64,000 nt of DNA from NCBI GenBank assembly GCA_002310235.1, contig DBYO01000024.1:25246-89245 (forward strand). The letters run 5' to 3'. Under the pieces are notes generated by a model that saw only the letters and a list, made by a program, of their open reading frames with translations, made no database searches and was not told the origin of the DNA. The stretch's first letter is position 1, and each line of letters starts with the position of its first letter. The stretch comes from Bacteroidales bacterium UBA1184. Lineage in GTDB: Bacteria > Bacteroidota > Bacteroidia > Bacteroidales > ML635J-15. This document shows, piece by piece, positions 29,901-38,212 of the stretch. Made by a program: the position numbers and the translations under genes.

Positions 29901-32811
29901 GCTTCATGCTCTTTATTTCGAGTGCGCCCTTGCCTATCTGCAGTGTGTAGAAAACAGTAACATCGTCGAACGACGAACCAATACGCACCTGCACCTTATC
30001 GCCCACCTTTGCCGAGTATTTCGACACTTTGAAGTACGACGCCATTGGGTACGACATCTTGTCCGACGAGTTGTCGGTGATGTGGAAGTTTGTGGTGTCG
30101 GCTACCGGGTTGCCGTCCTTGTCCTTGGCAGTCATTATTATGCGATAGGAACCTGGCGTGAACTTCATCTTTTTGGTGATGGCGATTGGGGTTGTGTCGG
30201 CAGTATTCACAGAGCCTTTCAACATCGACGATGTAACTTTGCGATTATACAGCGTATTTTCGTCGCCATAGCCGAGTGCGGGACAAAGTTTTTCCCACTC
30301 CTCGCGGCTGTACATCTGCATGTCGGCGGTCTTTAGCCTTGCCACGGTTGCATGCGACGGCTCCTCGAGCTTGAAGATTTCGTAATCGACAGTCGCATCG
30401 ATGTGGCTGCCCGAAATGTTTTCGCTATATATTTTGAAGCTGTTGAAGTCGGCAATGTCAACGGTTTCGGAAATACTATTCGAAATCCATAGCGACTGGC
30501 GCGAAACCATGAACGACCTTTCTATGGTATGCGATTCGCCGTTGATGTCGGCAACTACAGCCGAAATTCTGTAACGGTTGGTATTGCTAAAGCACTGCTT
30601 GGCGACAAAACTAATGGTAAACTCACCGTTTTCGTCGGTCTTGATGGTTCCGTCGGCAAGAAGTTTCTTTTCGGAATTGCTATAACTCCACCAATAATAC
30701 GAATACGAAGAGCAGTTGACGGTGAAATTGACGTCGGCACCGCTGACGGGCACACCCGAATAGCTTTTTGCACGTCCCTTGATGCTTACCGAGTCGCCAA
30801 ACGACACCTCATCCTTAATGTAGTCCATCTCTATCTCGAAGGTAGGACGCTTGTATTCCTCCACTTTGATGTATTCCGAACCCGACGAGAATCCAGTACC
30901 GCGAGCTTCGATGTGGAAATTACCGGTAAGTACGTTTTCGGGAATCTTGAATTCACCATTAACACTTCCATACTGGTTAGATTTAAGATTTAGCGTAGCT
31001 ATTTCCTTGTAGTTGACATCCTTAAGCGTGACTTTTATGCTATCGTTAGGCACAACACTGAAATTGTTGTCCTTGCCGCGGTATTCGATAGCCTTGAAAT
31101 ACACGGTCTGTCCCGGACGATAAATCGCCCTGTCGGTGAATATCTTAATCGATGTGCGCTCCTTTTCTACCTCGTCCTGCTGGTAGTATCCGTAAACCGA
31201 GAAGCACATGTCGTCGTTGTCCTTTTTCAAGTAAATAATTGTGTTGTAATTGCATTTTTTTGTATCGAAACTGAAAATGCCATCGGCAGCGGTTTCGGTG
31301 TTAAGTAAGGTTTCGGTCTTGTTGTAGTCGCGCGTGGTGACTTTCACCTTTACCTTGTCGATAGGCTTGCCAGAATTTCGGTCAACAGCCATGTATTTGC
31401 CATCGTCGATGCGAAGCAAAGCAAAGCGAGAAACTGTGAGCATGGTAAAACTCTCGATTCTGGAGCTGTCGCTTTCGGCAAAGACAAGATAGAAACCTGT
31501 AGGCAGACCTTTTTCCACATAGTAGGTGCTGTGGGTAGAATAATCGTGAGCATCGGGAAGATTTATAGTGCCTTCGGTTACAGACTTACTTTCGTAGTAT
31601 TTGTTTACATTGGCTGAATTGGTATTGAAAGTTTCGTATTCCGAAGCCTTGTCCGACACTTTTACAACCTTGATTTTAGCTGTTTTTGTATTGGCATATT
31701 CAATGTAAAGCGGAATATTTTCGTTTGGATAAGTAACCTTGTCACCCGATATGCTTATTGATGGAAATGTGAGTTTAGAAAGCAGGTTGGAGCAATGGGT
31801 TACATACTTGCTATCCTTAAACTCTTCAATTGTGGAGGTCAGAAGGTTCACAGCCTCGATGCGGTCGGCAGCTGATTTTTTCGACAGACGGTCGGCAATC
31901 TCCTTGTTGATGAAAATCACGCTTTCGTTGCCCTTGTATTGTTTTGCGGCATCGGTGAAAAGTTCCATGATAAGGTCGTCCTTACCGCTTTGCTTGCTTG
32001 CGATATAACATATGCGGCGGTAGTCGGTAAATGCGTAAGCACTACTGTTGGGTTTGTTTTCTTTAAGCATCTGTTGCATGAAAAACAAAGTCGCCATTTC
32101 GGGATTTTGGTCGGTGTCGAGGATTTCTATTTTTGAGAAATCGTCGGCATTGCAAAAGAAGCTGTTGTCCAAATTGGTGCCTGTATATCTGTATAGTTTT
32201 GCAAGCTGATTGATAATCGAATATGCAATTTCATCGTAAAGTGTTGGGAAAAAGTCGTTTTCCTTGTTGTTGTCTCTGAAAAATTCCTTGTAATCGTCGG
32301 CAGCGACATTTTTCAGTTCGGCATTCAGCGCCAGCTTGTAATGACTGATTATCAGCTTCATGAACTCGTTTTTGTCGTAAAATTCGAGGCGCGAACCTTT
32401 TTTGTCGGCAGAATCGCTCACTGCCGAACGCGAATCGATCTGATAGCGATGACGCGAGTAGTAGTTCTGATACGAAGCACCGAGTAGGAAATTGCAAACA
32501 TGCTTACATGTGCCCGACTGGATTTTGGCTTGTTCCTCAAGAAAATCGACGGCTTTAAGGTTGCCGGTCTGCTCCGACTCGATAAGGAACTTGGTTTTGT
32601 ATGTTATTGCTTTTAACTGCTGATATGCATCGTTGTCCTTGGTTGCCATGTCGAGAATACTTTCGACCTTCTGCAAGGCGCTCTTGGGCAGATCCCTGTT
32701 TTCAAAACCAGTGACCTCGATCCACAATTTCTTGTATTTGTCGTCGGTTGTCTGAGCAAATGCAGAAACTGCCAATGCTACAAAAATAATTAAGGTTACT
32801 ATCTTCTTCAT
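26953..32811 (-). CDS. Bacterial alpha-2-macroglobulin family protein with thioester motif
   Basis: About 1950 aa with a signal peptide (MKKIVTLIIFVALAVSAFAQ). YPYECAEQTF thioester CxEQ motif at nt 28558-28569, and long MG-domain-like beta-rich repeats. Track start 32817 is TTG; ATG at 32811 is preferred. Confidence 0.9.
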   Translation of the reverse strand: MKKIVTLIIFVALAVSAFAQTTDDKYKKLWIEVTGFENRDLPKSALQKVESILDMATKDNDAYQQLKAITYKTKFLIESEQTGNLKAVDFLEEQAKIQSGTCKHVCNFLLGASYQNYYSRHRYQIDSRSAVSDSADKKGSRLEFYDKNEFMKLIISHYKLALNAELKNVAADDYKEFFRDNNKENDFFPTLYDEIAYSIINQLAKLYRYTGTNLDNSFFCNADDFSKIEILDTDQNPEMATLFFMQQMLKENKPNSSAYAFTDYRRICYIASKQSGKDDLIMELFTDAAKQYKGNESVIFINKEIADRLSKKSAADRIEAVNLLTSTIEEFKDSKYVTHCSNLLSKLTFPSISISGDKVTYPNENIPLYIEYANTKTAKIKVVKVSDKASEYETFNTNSANVNKYYESKSVTEGTINLPDAHDYSTHSTYYVEKGLPTGFYLVFAESDSSRIESFTMLTVSRFALLRIDDGKYMAVDRNSGKPIDKVKVKVTTRDYNKTETLLNTETAADGIFSFDTKKCNYNTIIYLKKDNDDMCFSVYGYYQQDEVEKERTSIKIFTDRAIYRPGQTVYFKAIEYRGKDNNFSVVPNDSIKVTLKDVNYKEIATLNLKSNQYGSVNGEFKIPENVLTGNFHIEARGTGFSSGSEYIKVEEYKRPTFEIEMDYIKDEVSFGDSVSIKGRAKSYSGVPVSGADVNFTVNCSSYSYYWWSYSNSEKKLLADGTIKTDENGEFTISFVAKQCFSNTNRYRISAVVADINGESHTIERSFMVSRQSLWISNSISETVDIADFNSFKIYSENISGSHIDATVDYEIFKLEEPSHATVARLKTADMQMYSREEWEKLCPALGYGDENTLYNRKVTSSMLKGSVNTADTTPIAITKKMKFTPGSYRIIMTAKDKDGNPVADTTNFHITDNSSDKMSYPMASYFKVSKYSAKVGDKVQVRIGSSFDDVTVFYTLQIGKGALEIKSMKLSNEVKSFDIPITEKCYGDVFVTAIFVRHGRAYKESKTISVSRVDKQLDVKLVTFRDKTLPGSEESWQMKITDKFDKPIEAELAATVYDASLDSYKSHSWYFWPYSSNTMNYNFEYKGFGYSNSNSRRYVYASNRYEYTPYPTPVFFNVLSAYYSSYATDYKSGRVLYRANAAGGVVEEESSLIAADAVALNEAVEMEEELSEEEAEAFDNAEVRTNFNETAYFASNLTTDQDGNIFINFTMPESMTRWNVMGLAHTKDMKIGDVSSSLVTQKNVSVTPNLPRFMREGDEMYISAKIANLTENTISGKAKIEFINTQNSEDITDKFLKNNIVTFSADASRNTSVEWKISVPKSIGAVAVRIVAIAEGHSDGEEKVLPILTNRMMVTETMPLPVRRAGTTHFSFNAMKNNKSKSLENYSYTLEFTPNPAWYAVLALPYMMEYPYECAEQTFSRIYSNLIASHVANSDKKIEEMFNKWKSTDAEALKSNLQRNEELKSVLLENSPWLLDAENEAERKYNIGVLFDIDRIKDETKKATDKLSKMQKANGGFPWFDGMPDNLYVTQHIVGNYGHLQKLGVKFPDSSMEGMIKKAVKYIDREIERIYDLQKKYNAVALGYTQIHYLYVRSFFLKKYPMDKSTQKVFDVYMKLGEKDWPSWGFYMRGMLALAMQRSDRTATVKDIVASLKEYAQHSEELGMYWDLERGWYWYNSGIETQALLIELFDEIGEVHDVNEMKVWLLKQKQTTNWKTTKATAEAVYALLLDGTSILSETDYPVISLGDKQIDLAAETTEDGTGYYKKMWKQDEISSTWGDVSVTKADSTVAWGGIYWQYFEDIDKIKGFEDTPLKIRKDLFVNRVENGTEVIVPITQKNANLKVGDRVTVRIEIEVDRNMEYVHLKDMRASAFEPTEKLSGYRFKHSLGYYQAIKDASINFFIDILPKGTYVFEYQVIATQKGNFSNGITTIQSMYAPEYTSHSTGIRVKVE

Positions 32812-32845
32812 ATTCAAATTGATGTTTCAATGTTTATTATAAACG

Positions 32846-32853
32846 CAAAGTTA
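32846..32853 (-). promoter_or_regulatory. -7 box upstream of the alpha-2-macroglobulin gene
   Basis: CAAAGTTA on plus equals TAACTTTG on minus, 35 nt before ATG 32811. Confidence 0.4.
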
Positions 32854-32905
32854 GGTAAAATATTTTGATTGGTGGAATGCATAAATTGTACCAGCATTTT
32901 TGTTT

Positions 32906-32957
32906 AGTTGAAAGTTCAAAGTTGAAAGTTGAAAGAAGTTCAAGGTTCAACGTTCAA
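32906..32957. repeat. 7-nt periodic array (AGTTGAA/AGTTCAA) upstream of ssb
   Basis: agttgaaagttcaaagttgaaagttgaaagaagttcaaggttcaacgttcaaaa. Confidence 0.85.
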
Positions 32958-32973
32958 AATCGTAAAAAATATT

Positions 32974-32981
32974 TATCTTTG
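32974..32981 (+). promoter_or_regulatory. -7 box upstream of ssb
   Basis: TATCTTTG lies 17 nt before ATG 32998. Confidence 0.4.
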
Positions 32982-32997
32982 CAGAAAAATTTTCGAT

Positions 32998-33480
32998 ATG
33001 TACCTAAACAAAGTTATGCTTATTGGACGGCTTGGTGTAAAGCCCGAAATTCGTTATGTAAAAGAAGATACACCAGTGGCAACATTCCGTATGGCGACCA
33101 CAGAACCTTACCGCACAAAGGAAGGTGAAAGACGCGAAAATACCGAATGGCACAATATAGTTGCATGGCGCAACCTCGCTAAATTCTGCGAAACCTACCT
33201 CGACAAAGGTATGCTTGTTTACGTGGAAGGACGTCTGCAGACACGCTCATGGCAGGGACAAGACAACGCCACACATTACACTACCGAAATCCTAGCCGAC
33301 ACAATTCGCATGATGGAACCGAAATCGGCTCGCGATGGACAGCCCTTAACACAGGGCGCATCAATGCCACAGCCCGCCGAAGCTCAGCCATTTGCCGACC
33401 AGCCGGCACAGAGCCCAGTCGCAGCAGAGCCTAGCGCATTCCAGCCAGCAGCAGAACCAGAAGACGATTTACCATTCTAA
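32998..33480 (+). CDS. ssb: Single-stranded DNA-binding protein
   Basis: MYLNKVMLIGRLGVKPEIRY...TEWHNIVAWRNLAE-like OB fold, Pro/Gln/Ala-rich linker and acidic tail DDLPF. ATG at 32998 is chosen over the longer track ORF, which starts inside a heptamer array. Confidence 0.9.
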   Translation: MYLNKVMLIGRLGVKPEIRYVKEDTPVATFRMATTEPYRTKEGERRENTEWHNIVAWRNLAKFCETYLDKGMLVYVEGRLQTRSWQGQDNATHYTTEILADTIRMMEPKSARDGQPLTQGASMPQPAEAQPFADQPAQSPVAAEPSAFQPAAEPEDDLPF

Positions 33481-33552
33481 TGCATATTGGAAATTTGAAA
33501 TATTAAAATATTAATTTGTACGGGCGCGTTTTAAACACGCCCCTCATTCAAA

Positions 33553-34854
33553 ATGGATCCCGACCCTTATAATCAATCGACAATAATAGGAATTATCGTT
33601 GTGGTAATTCTGCTCGTATGCTCCGGACTTGTTTCGGCAAGCGAGACTGGCTTTTTCGGACTTTCGGCAGGCGACAAGGAAAAAATCCGCAAGGCTAAGA
33701 CCGCAAAGGGAAAACTTATTGCAAAACTGCTGTCGAACCCCGAAAAACTGTTGGCTACAATACTTGTAGCCAACAATTTCATCAACATTGCAATAGTGAT
33801 AATCACAGCATTCCTGTCGGACAGGATTTTTGCCCACATCGACAATACAGTGCTCATAATTGTACTGCAAACCGTTGTCATTACATTCATAATCTTACTG
33901 TTCGGCGAGATGATACCAAAGATTCTGGCGGCAAAATATCCGCTGTCGATTTCAAAGTTAATGGCTTATCCTCTTTGGATACTCGAGCCGCTGTGCTTCC
34001 CGTTCAGCATAATCCTCATAAAATCGACCAATGCTGTAAAAAAACGTTTGCAGAAAAAGCACACTTCCGAAATCAGCATCGAAGACCTCTCGCAAGCCAT
34101 CGAACTTGCATCAGACGACCTTAAGGACGACCGCGAAATGCTTGAGGACATCGTCGCCTCTTCGTCGCTCGATGCCCGCGAAGTAATGACCTCGCGCGTG
34201 GATGTATTCGCCATCGAGTACGACTCAAAATTCTCGAAGGTAATTGGCGACATCGTGGAATCGGGATTTTCACGAATACCTGTTTACGAAGACAATCTCG
34301 ACAACGTCATGGGTATTCTTTACATCAAGGACGTGCTTGCCCATGTGGACGAACACGATTTCGACTGGCATAAGCTTATTCGTCCGCACTTTATTGTCCC
34401 CGAAACCAAGAAGATAAACGACCTTTTGTCCGACTTCCAGTCGAAGAAGATGCATATTGCAATCGTAATCGACGAATACGGAGGTGTGAGCGGAATTGTA
34501 ACGCTTGAGGACATCTTGGAAGAATTTGTGGGCGAAATTCACGACGAGTTCGATACCGACGAAGACATGTTCAAGAAGATTGACGACCGCACCTACGAAT
34601 TCGACGCCAAGACCAGCATTGTCGATTTCTGCAAAATTGTGAATGTTGACTACGAATTGTTCCAGGAAACAAAGGGCGAATCGGAAACTCTTGCGGGAAT
34701 GCTGCTCGAAATAAACCAGGAAATCCCAGCCAAGAACAAAACCATCAGCATCAAGGATTTTGATTTTACCGTAACGGCATCTAACGAGCGTAGAATAAAG
34801 AAGATACGTGTCAAACTGCCAAAAACTGAAAATACCGACACCGATGAAAAATAA
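33553..34854 (+). CDS. gldE: Gliding-motility/T9SS-associated protein GldE (DUF21-CBS-CorC)
   Basis: N-terminal DUF21 helices, a CBS pair, and a CorC/HlyC C-terminal domain (GIVTLEDILEEFVGEIHDEFD). Classic ssb-gldE-gldD neighbourhood. Confidence 0.85.
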   Translation: MDPDPYNQSTIIGIIVVVILLVCSGLVSASETGFFGLSAGDKEKIRKAKTAKGKLIAKLLSNPEKLLATILVANNFINIAIVIITAFLSDRIFAHIDNTVLIIVLQTVVITFIILLFGEMIPKILAAKYPLSISKLMAYPLWILEPLCFPFSIILIKSTNAVKKRLQKKHTSEISIEDLSQAIELASDDLKDDREMLEDIVASSSLDAREVMTSRVDVFAIEYDSKFSKVIGDIVESGFSRIPVYEDNLDNVMGILYIKDVLAHVDEHDFDWHKLIRPHFIVPETKKINDLLSDFQSKKMHIAIVIDEYGGVSGIVTLEDILEEFVGEIHDEFDTDEDMFKKIDDRTYEFDAKTSIVDFCKIVNVDYELFQETKGESETLAGMLLEINQEIPAKNKTISIKDFDFTVTASNERRIKKIRVKLPKTENTDTDEK

Positions 34855-35440
34855 GATTCTTGCTATAATACTAGTCGTAGGACTTGCGATGCTTTGCGCC
34901 TGTGGCGAAAAAGCTTACGCGCCACGTCCCAGAGGCTATTTCCGCATCGATTTTCCAGAGAAAACCTATAAGCAGTACAACGGCGAATGCCCTTTCACGT
35001 TCGAGATTCCAGAATATTCGTATCTAATAAAGGAGAAGGAAGACAATTGCTGGTTCGACATCTATTTCCCGAAGTACAAGGCAACAGTGTATTTGACCTA
35101 CCGTGGCATAGACAACAGCAAATACAGCGAAATAGACACACTGCTCAACGATGCCCACGACTTTGCATACAAACACACCATAAAAGCCGACGCCATTGAG
35201 GAAAACATTTTCGAGAAGGATTCGTCGCGGGTTTACGGATGCCTATATAACATCAAAGGGAATGTAGCCTCACAGGTACAGTTTTTCCTCACCGACAGCA
35301 CTACGCATTTCATGCGCGGCTCGCTATATTTCGAAGCACGCCCCAACAAGGATTCGCTTGCCCCAGTGGTCGATTTTGTCCGCGAGGACATCGAACATTT
35401 TATGGAGAGTTTTGAGTGGAAGGATTCAAAAATTCAATGA
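34844..35440 (+). CDS. gldD: Gliding-motility/T9SS-associated lipoprotein GldD
   Basis: MKNKILAIILVVGLAMLCACG lipobox and PRPRGYFRIDFPEKTY, typical of the GldD N-terminus. Overlaps the gldE stop by 11 nt. ATG at 34844 is chosen over the track start 34808. Confidence 0.75.
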   Translation: MKNKILAIILVVGLAMLCACGEKAYAPRPRGYFRIDFPEKTYKQYNGECPFTFEIPEYSYLIKEKEDNCWFDIYFPKYKATVYLTYRGIDNSKYSEIDTLLNDAHDFAYKHTIKADAIEENIFEKDSSRVYGCLYNIKGNVASQVQFFLTDSTTHFMRGSLYFEARPNKDSLAPVVDFVREDIEHFMESFEWKDSKIQ

Positions 35441-35541
35441 TTCAAAGATTCAATGATTCAAAGATTCAACAATTTGAAAATTTGGCTTACGCCGAGCTAA
35501 AGGTTGATGATTTGAAAATTTGATGATTTGAAAATTCAAAT
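35423..35541. repeat. 8-nt periodic array (A..ATTCA then A..ATTTG units) overlapping the gldD stop, interrupted by a 22-nt unrelated motif
   Basis: gattcaaaaattcaatgattcaaagattcaatgattcaaagattcaacaatttgaaaatttg[GGCTTACGCCGAGCTAAAGGTT]gatgatttgaaaatttgatgatttgaaaattcaaa. Confidence 0.85.
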
Positions 35542-35579
35542 CGTAAATCAATTGTCCATTATTCATTATCCATTGTCAA

Positions 35580-36305
35580 TTGTTAATTCATAAATCCATA
35601 TTACCTGACAATTCCCTTCTAGCCTTCTGGAAAATGGAGGAGACTGAGGAGCAGCTGCGCACAATGTGCGACCTGTGCGACGAAGACCTGAAGGTAATCG
35701 GGAACAACTCAGCCCACAAGCGCCGCATAGAACTGCTATCGGTACGGGCATTGCTAAAGGCTGTCGGCATAAACCAGACAATACACTACAACGACCGTAG
35801 GCCATATCTCAACAAAGGCTACATCTCGATAAGCCATTCTGCCGACATTGCCGCAATAATCTATAATCCCGACTTCCCGGTCGGCATCGACATCGAAAAA
35901 ATATCGCCAAAGATACAACACATAGCCTCACGTGTATTCTCCGACAAGGAACTTGCAGCAGCCAATGGCGACCTTGAAAAACTGACCGTCCTCTGGAACT
36001 GCAAGGAGTGCGTCGTCAAGCTTTCAAACGACGATGGTATCGATTTCCAGGAAATGATAGAAGTAGATATACCATCCGATTTTTTGCTTCAGGATAATAT
36101 CTGCCAAGAAAAACCCATTGTCAACCTTCAGCTCAGCGAAGCTAATTATCCATTATCAATTGTACATTATCAATTACCCATTATCCATTGTACATTAAAA
36201 AAATCAGAGCACACTAAGGTTTTCTCGCTTTCCGCGATGAAAATTGAAGGAAATACTGTTGTGTGGGGAAGGCTTGATGATTGGACTGGAGGCAGACACA
36301 TATAG
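35580..36305 (+). CDS. 4'-phosphopantetheinyl transferase superfamily protein (Sfp-type)
   Basis: SISHSADIAAII, GIDIEKIS and LWNCKECVVK motifs. The only in-frame start upstream of the conserved LLAFWKMEETEEQL segment is TTG at 35580. The C-terminal third carries a copy of an intergenic-type repeat (36140-36200). Confidence 0.65.
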   Translation: MLIHKSILPDNSLLAFWKMEETEEQLRTMCDLCDEDLKVIGNNSAHKRRIELLSVRALLKAVGINQTIHYNDRRPYLNKGYISISHSADIAAIIYNPDFPVGIDIEKISPKIQHIASRVFSDKELAAANGDLEKLTVLWNCKECVVKLSNDDGIDFQEMIEVDIPSDFLLQDNICQEKPIVNLQLSEANYPLSIVHYQLPIIHCTLKKSEHTKVFSLSAMKIEGNTVVWGRLDDWTGGRHI

Positions 36306-36318
36306 CCAGCAAGCCTGC

Positions 36319-36350
36319 CTTTCAATTTTCAACTTTCAATTTTCAACTTT
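36319..36350. repeat. 7-nt periodic array (CTTTCAA/TTTTCAA) after the PPTase gene
   Basis: ctttcaattttcaactttcaattttcaacttt. Confidence 0.85.
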
Positions 36351-36375
36351 TTATTGTTATTCCAAAAACATTTTC

Positions 36376-36383
36376 TACTTTTG
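36376..36383 (+). promoter_or_regulatory. -7 box upstream of the OmpA/zinc-ribbon gene
   Basis: TACTTTTG lies 33 nt before ATG 36416. Confidence 0.4.
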
Positions 36384-36415
36384 CTAAAAATTATAATGAT
36401 TAAATTCGGAATTTT

Positions 36416-37978
36416 ATGAAAAGATTGATAGTATTAGCATTGGCAACATTATTTTTGTCTTTTGCAGCAAATGCTCAGATTGGCAACCTGATTAGAAACA
36501 AGCTCAACCAGAAGGTCGAAGAAGGTGTAAACAATGCCATCGACAAGGCAGTTGACAATGCCGTTGACAAGACTTTCGAGAATACGCAGAAAGCCATTGA
36601 AAAGGAAAAGAACGACAACTCCAAAACAGTTCACGACGATGCTCACGACAATGGTGGCTGGACTTGTCCGGCATGTGGAGCAAAAGGTAATACCGGTAAT
36701 TTCTGCAAGGAATGTGCAGCCAAGAAGCCTGGAGCATCATCACAGGAAACCAACACTGCTGACGAAAGCGGTTGGACCTGCCCTGCCTGCGGACACAAGG
36801 GCAACAATGGCAAGTTCTGCAACGAGTGCGGAGCCAAGAAGCCCGAAGAGTCGACCGCTTCGGCAACTTGGAAGTGTGAAAAATGCGGACACGAAGGCAA
36901 CAAGGGTAAGTTCTGCGACGAGTGCGGTGCTCCGAAGGGCGCAGTAAATGTTGAAGGAAAGAAAAGCGACTTCGTCCCTGGTGAAATTGTAATTTTCGAA
37001 GATAAAGTTATTGGAGAACAAGTTGGGGAATTCCCTTCAAAATGGGATCTTGTAAGAGGAAATGCAGAAATTGCAAGAGTTGGAGGAGAATTAGCCATTG
37101 CAATGAATAAAGATGACAGTTGGATTTCACCATTGATGAAAGACGGCAGCAAGAATTATCTCGGCGATGTTTTCACGATTGAGTATGATATGCTTTTTGA
37201 TGACACTGAAAAGAATGGCGCACCATCCATAGAACTTGATATTATGAATGAAAATTCAAGTCGCGACAATGAACTTTTCACTATTACATATTGGTTGGGA
37301 GGCGACAGACACAGTTTTGATTGCCACTATTGTCTTTCATCAGAATCTTCTTTTACATACAAACAAGGTAGTTCTAGGTCAGAATCAGGAACTTATAACG
37401 ATGGAAAATGGCATCATTACGCATTGTCCTTCAACAAGAGAGCTATTAAGTTCTATGTAGATGGAAATAGAATTATCAATGTTCCTAATGCTAAGCCTGG
37501 AGCTGGCTGGGTAACATTGTTTTCAAGTGGAGGAAGCAAGGATACTTATATTAAGAACTTCCGCATTGGAAAGGGTGCTGTGGAACTCTATGACCGCAAT
37601 GCTACGGACATAACTGAGGTAGAAAGAGCTATCGCTCAGAGTGGGAAATTTGTAACCAACAATATTCTCTTTGTAACAGGAAAGGCAGACCTAAAGCCTG
37701 AGAGCATGGAGGAAATCAAGAAGGTTGCAGAATATATGAAGAAGAATCCTAATGCAAGGTTTGAGGTTCAAGGTCACTGCGACAACCAAGGTTCTGACCA
37801 GGTAAACGACCCATTGTCGGAACAAAGGGCTCAAGCTGTTGTAAAGGCACTTGTTGATTTGGGTTGCGACAGTTTCAATCTTAGGGCTGTTGGCAAGGGT
37901 TCACACGAACCAGTTGCTGACAATAGTACTGAAGAAGGTAGAGCCAAGAACAGAAGGGTAGAATTTGTGAAGAAATAA
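36416..37978 (+). CDS. OmpA-family protein with three tandem zinc-ribbon-like repeats and a LamG/ConA-like domain
   Basis: Signal peptide MKRLIVLALATLFLSFAANAQ. Three repeats of GWTCPACG.KGN.GKFC.ECGAKKP (nt 36658-36940). KWHHYALSF / IKFYVDG is LamG-like. C-terminal OmpA_C region (FVTGKADL...RAKNRRVEF). Confidence 0.8.
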   Translation: MKRLIVLALATLFLSFAANAQIGNLIRNKLNQKVEEGVNNAIDKAVDNAVDKTFENTQKAIEKEKNDNSKTVHDDAHDNGGWTCPACGAKGNTGNFCKECAAKKPGASSQETNTADESGWTCPACGHKGNNGKFCNECGAKKPEESTASATWKCEKCGHEGNKGKFCDECGAPKGAVNVEGKKSDFVPGEIVIFEDKVIGEQVGEFPSKWDLVRGNAEIARVGGELAIAMNKDDSWISPLMKDGSKNYLGDVFTIEYDMLFDDTEKNGAPSIELDIMNENSSRDNELFTITYWLGGDRHSFDCHYCLSSESSFTYKQGSSRSESGTYNDGKWHHYALSFNKRAIKFYVDGNRIINVPNAKPGAGWVTLFSSGGSKDTYIKNFRIGKGAVELYDRNATDITEVERAIAQSGKFVTNNILFVTGKADLKPESMEEIKKVAEYMKKNPNARFEVQGHCDNQGSDQVNDPLSEQRAQAVVKALVDLGCDSFNLRAVGKGSHEPVADNSTEEGRAKNRRVEFVKK

Positions 37979-37987
37979 TATGTAACA

Positions 37988-38212
37988 ATGTCGCGCTTAC
38001 AATTGAACAAAATAGAATACCTCGTATGCTGCATAGGAAGTTTTGCTGAGCGTTTCGCTATTACAAATGCAAAAGCTTATAACTATCTTGGCAAGTATGG
38101 AGGATTTGACTTTCTTATCAAGCACTACGACATTGAACATACATTCTCGATTGACGAAGCAATAAATGATATCACAAGAATCTGTAGCCGCAACGGAGGA
38201 TATTTGCAATGA
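37988..38212 (+). CDS. DUF3791-like small protein
   Basis: 74 aa. IEYLVCCIGSFAERFAI...AYNYLGKYGGFDFLIKHYDIEHT matches my recollection of the DUF3791 pattern. Its stop overlaps the next start (ATGA). Confidence 0.55.
   Translation: MSRLQLNKIEYLVCCIGSFAERFAITNAKAYNYLGKYGGFDFLIKHYDIEHTFSIDEAINDITRICSRNGGYLQ

Noticed and set aside
24615-32817. Track start codons at 24629, 32817, 9990 and 7037
   Set aside because: Reading the DNA shows these are TTG codons a few codons upstream of ATGs. Those ATGs give canonical N-termini (MKKIVTL..., MVFSSNIF..., MKKRIPQ...), so ATG starts are preferred.
36504-37152. Cluster of overlapping 93-169-aa ORFs on both strands over the zinc-ribbon repeat region
   Set aside because: They are caused by the locally GC-rich, repetitive coding sequence of the OmpA-family gene. 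Only the 36416..37978 frame has a signal peptide, repeats and an OmpA_C domain.
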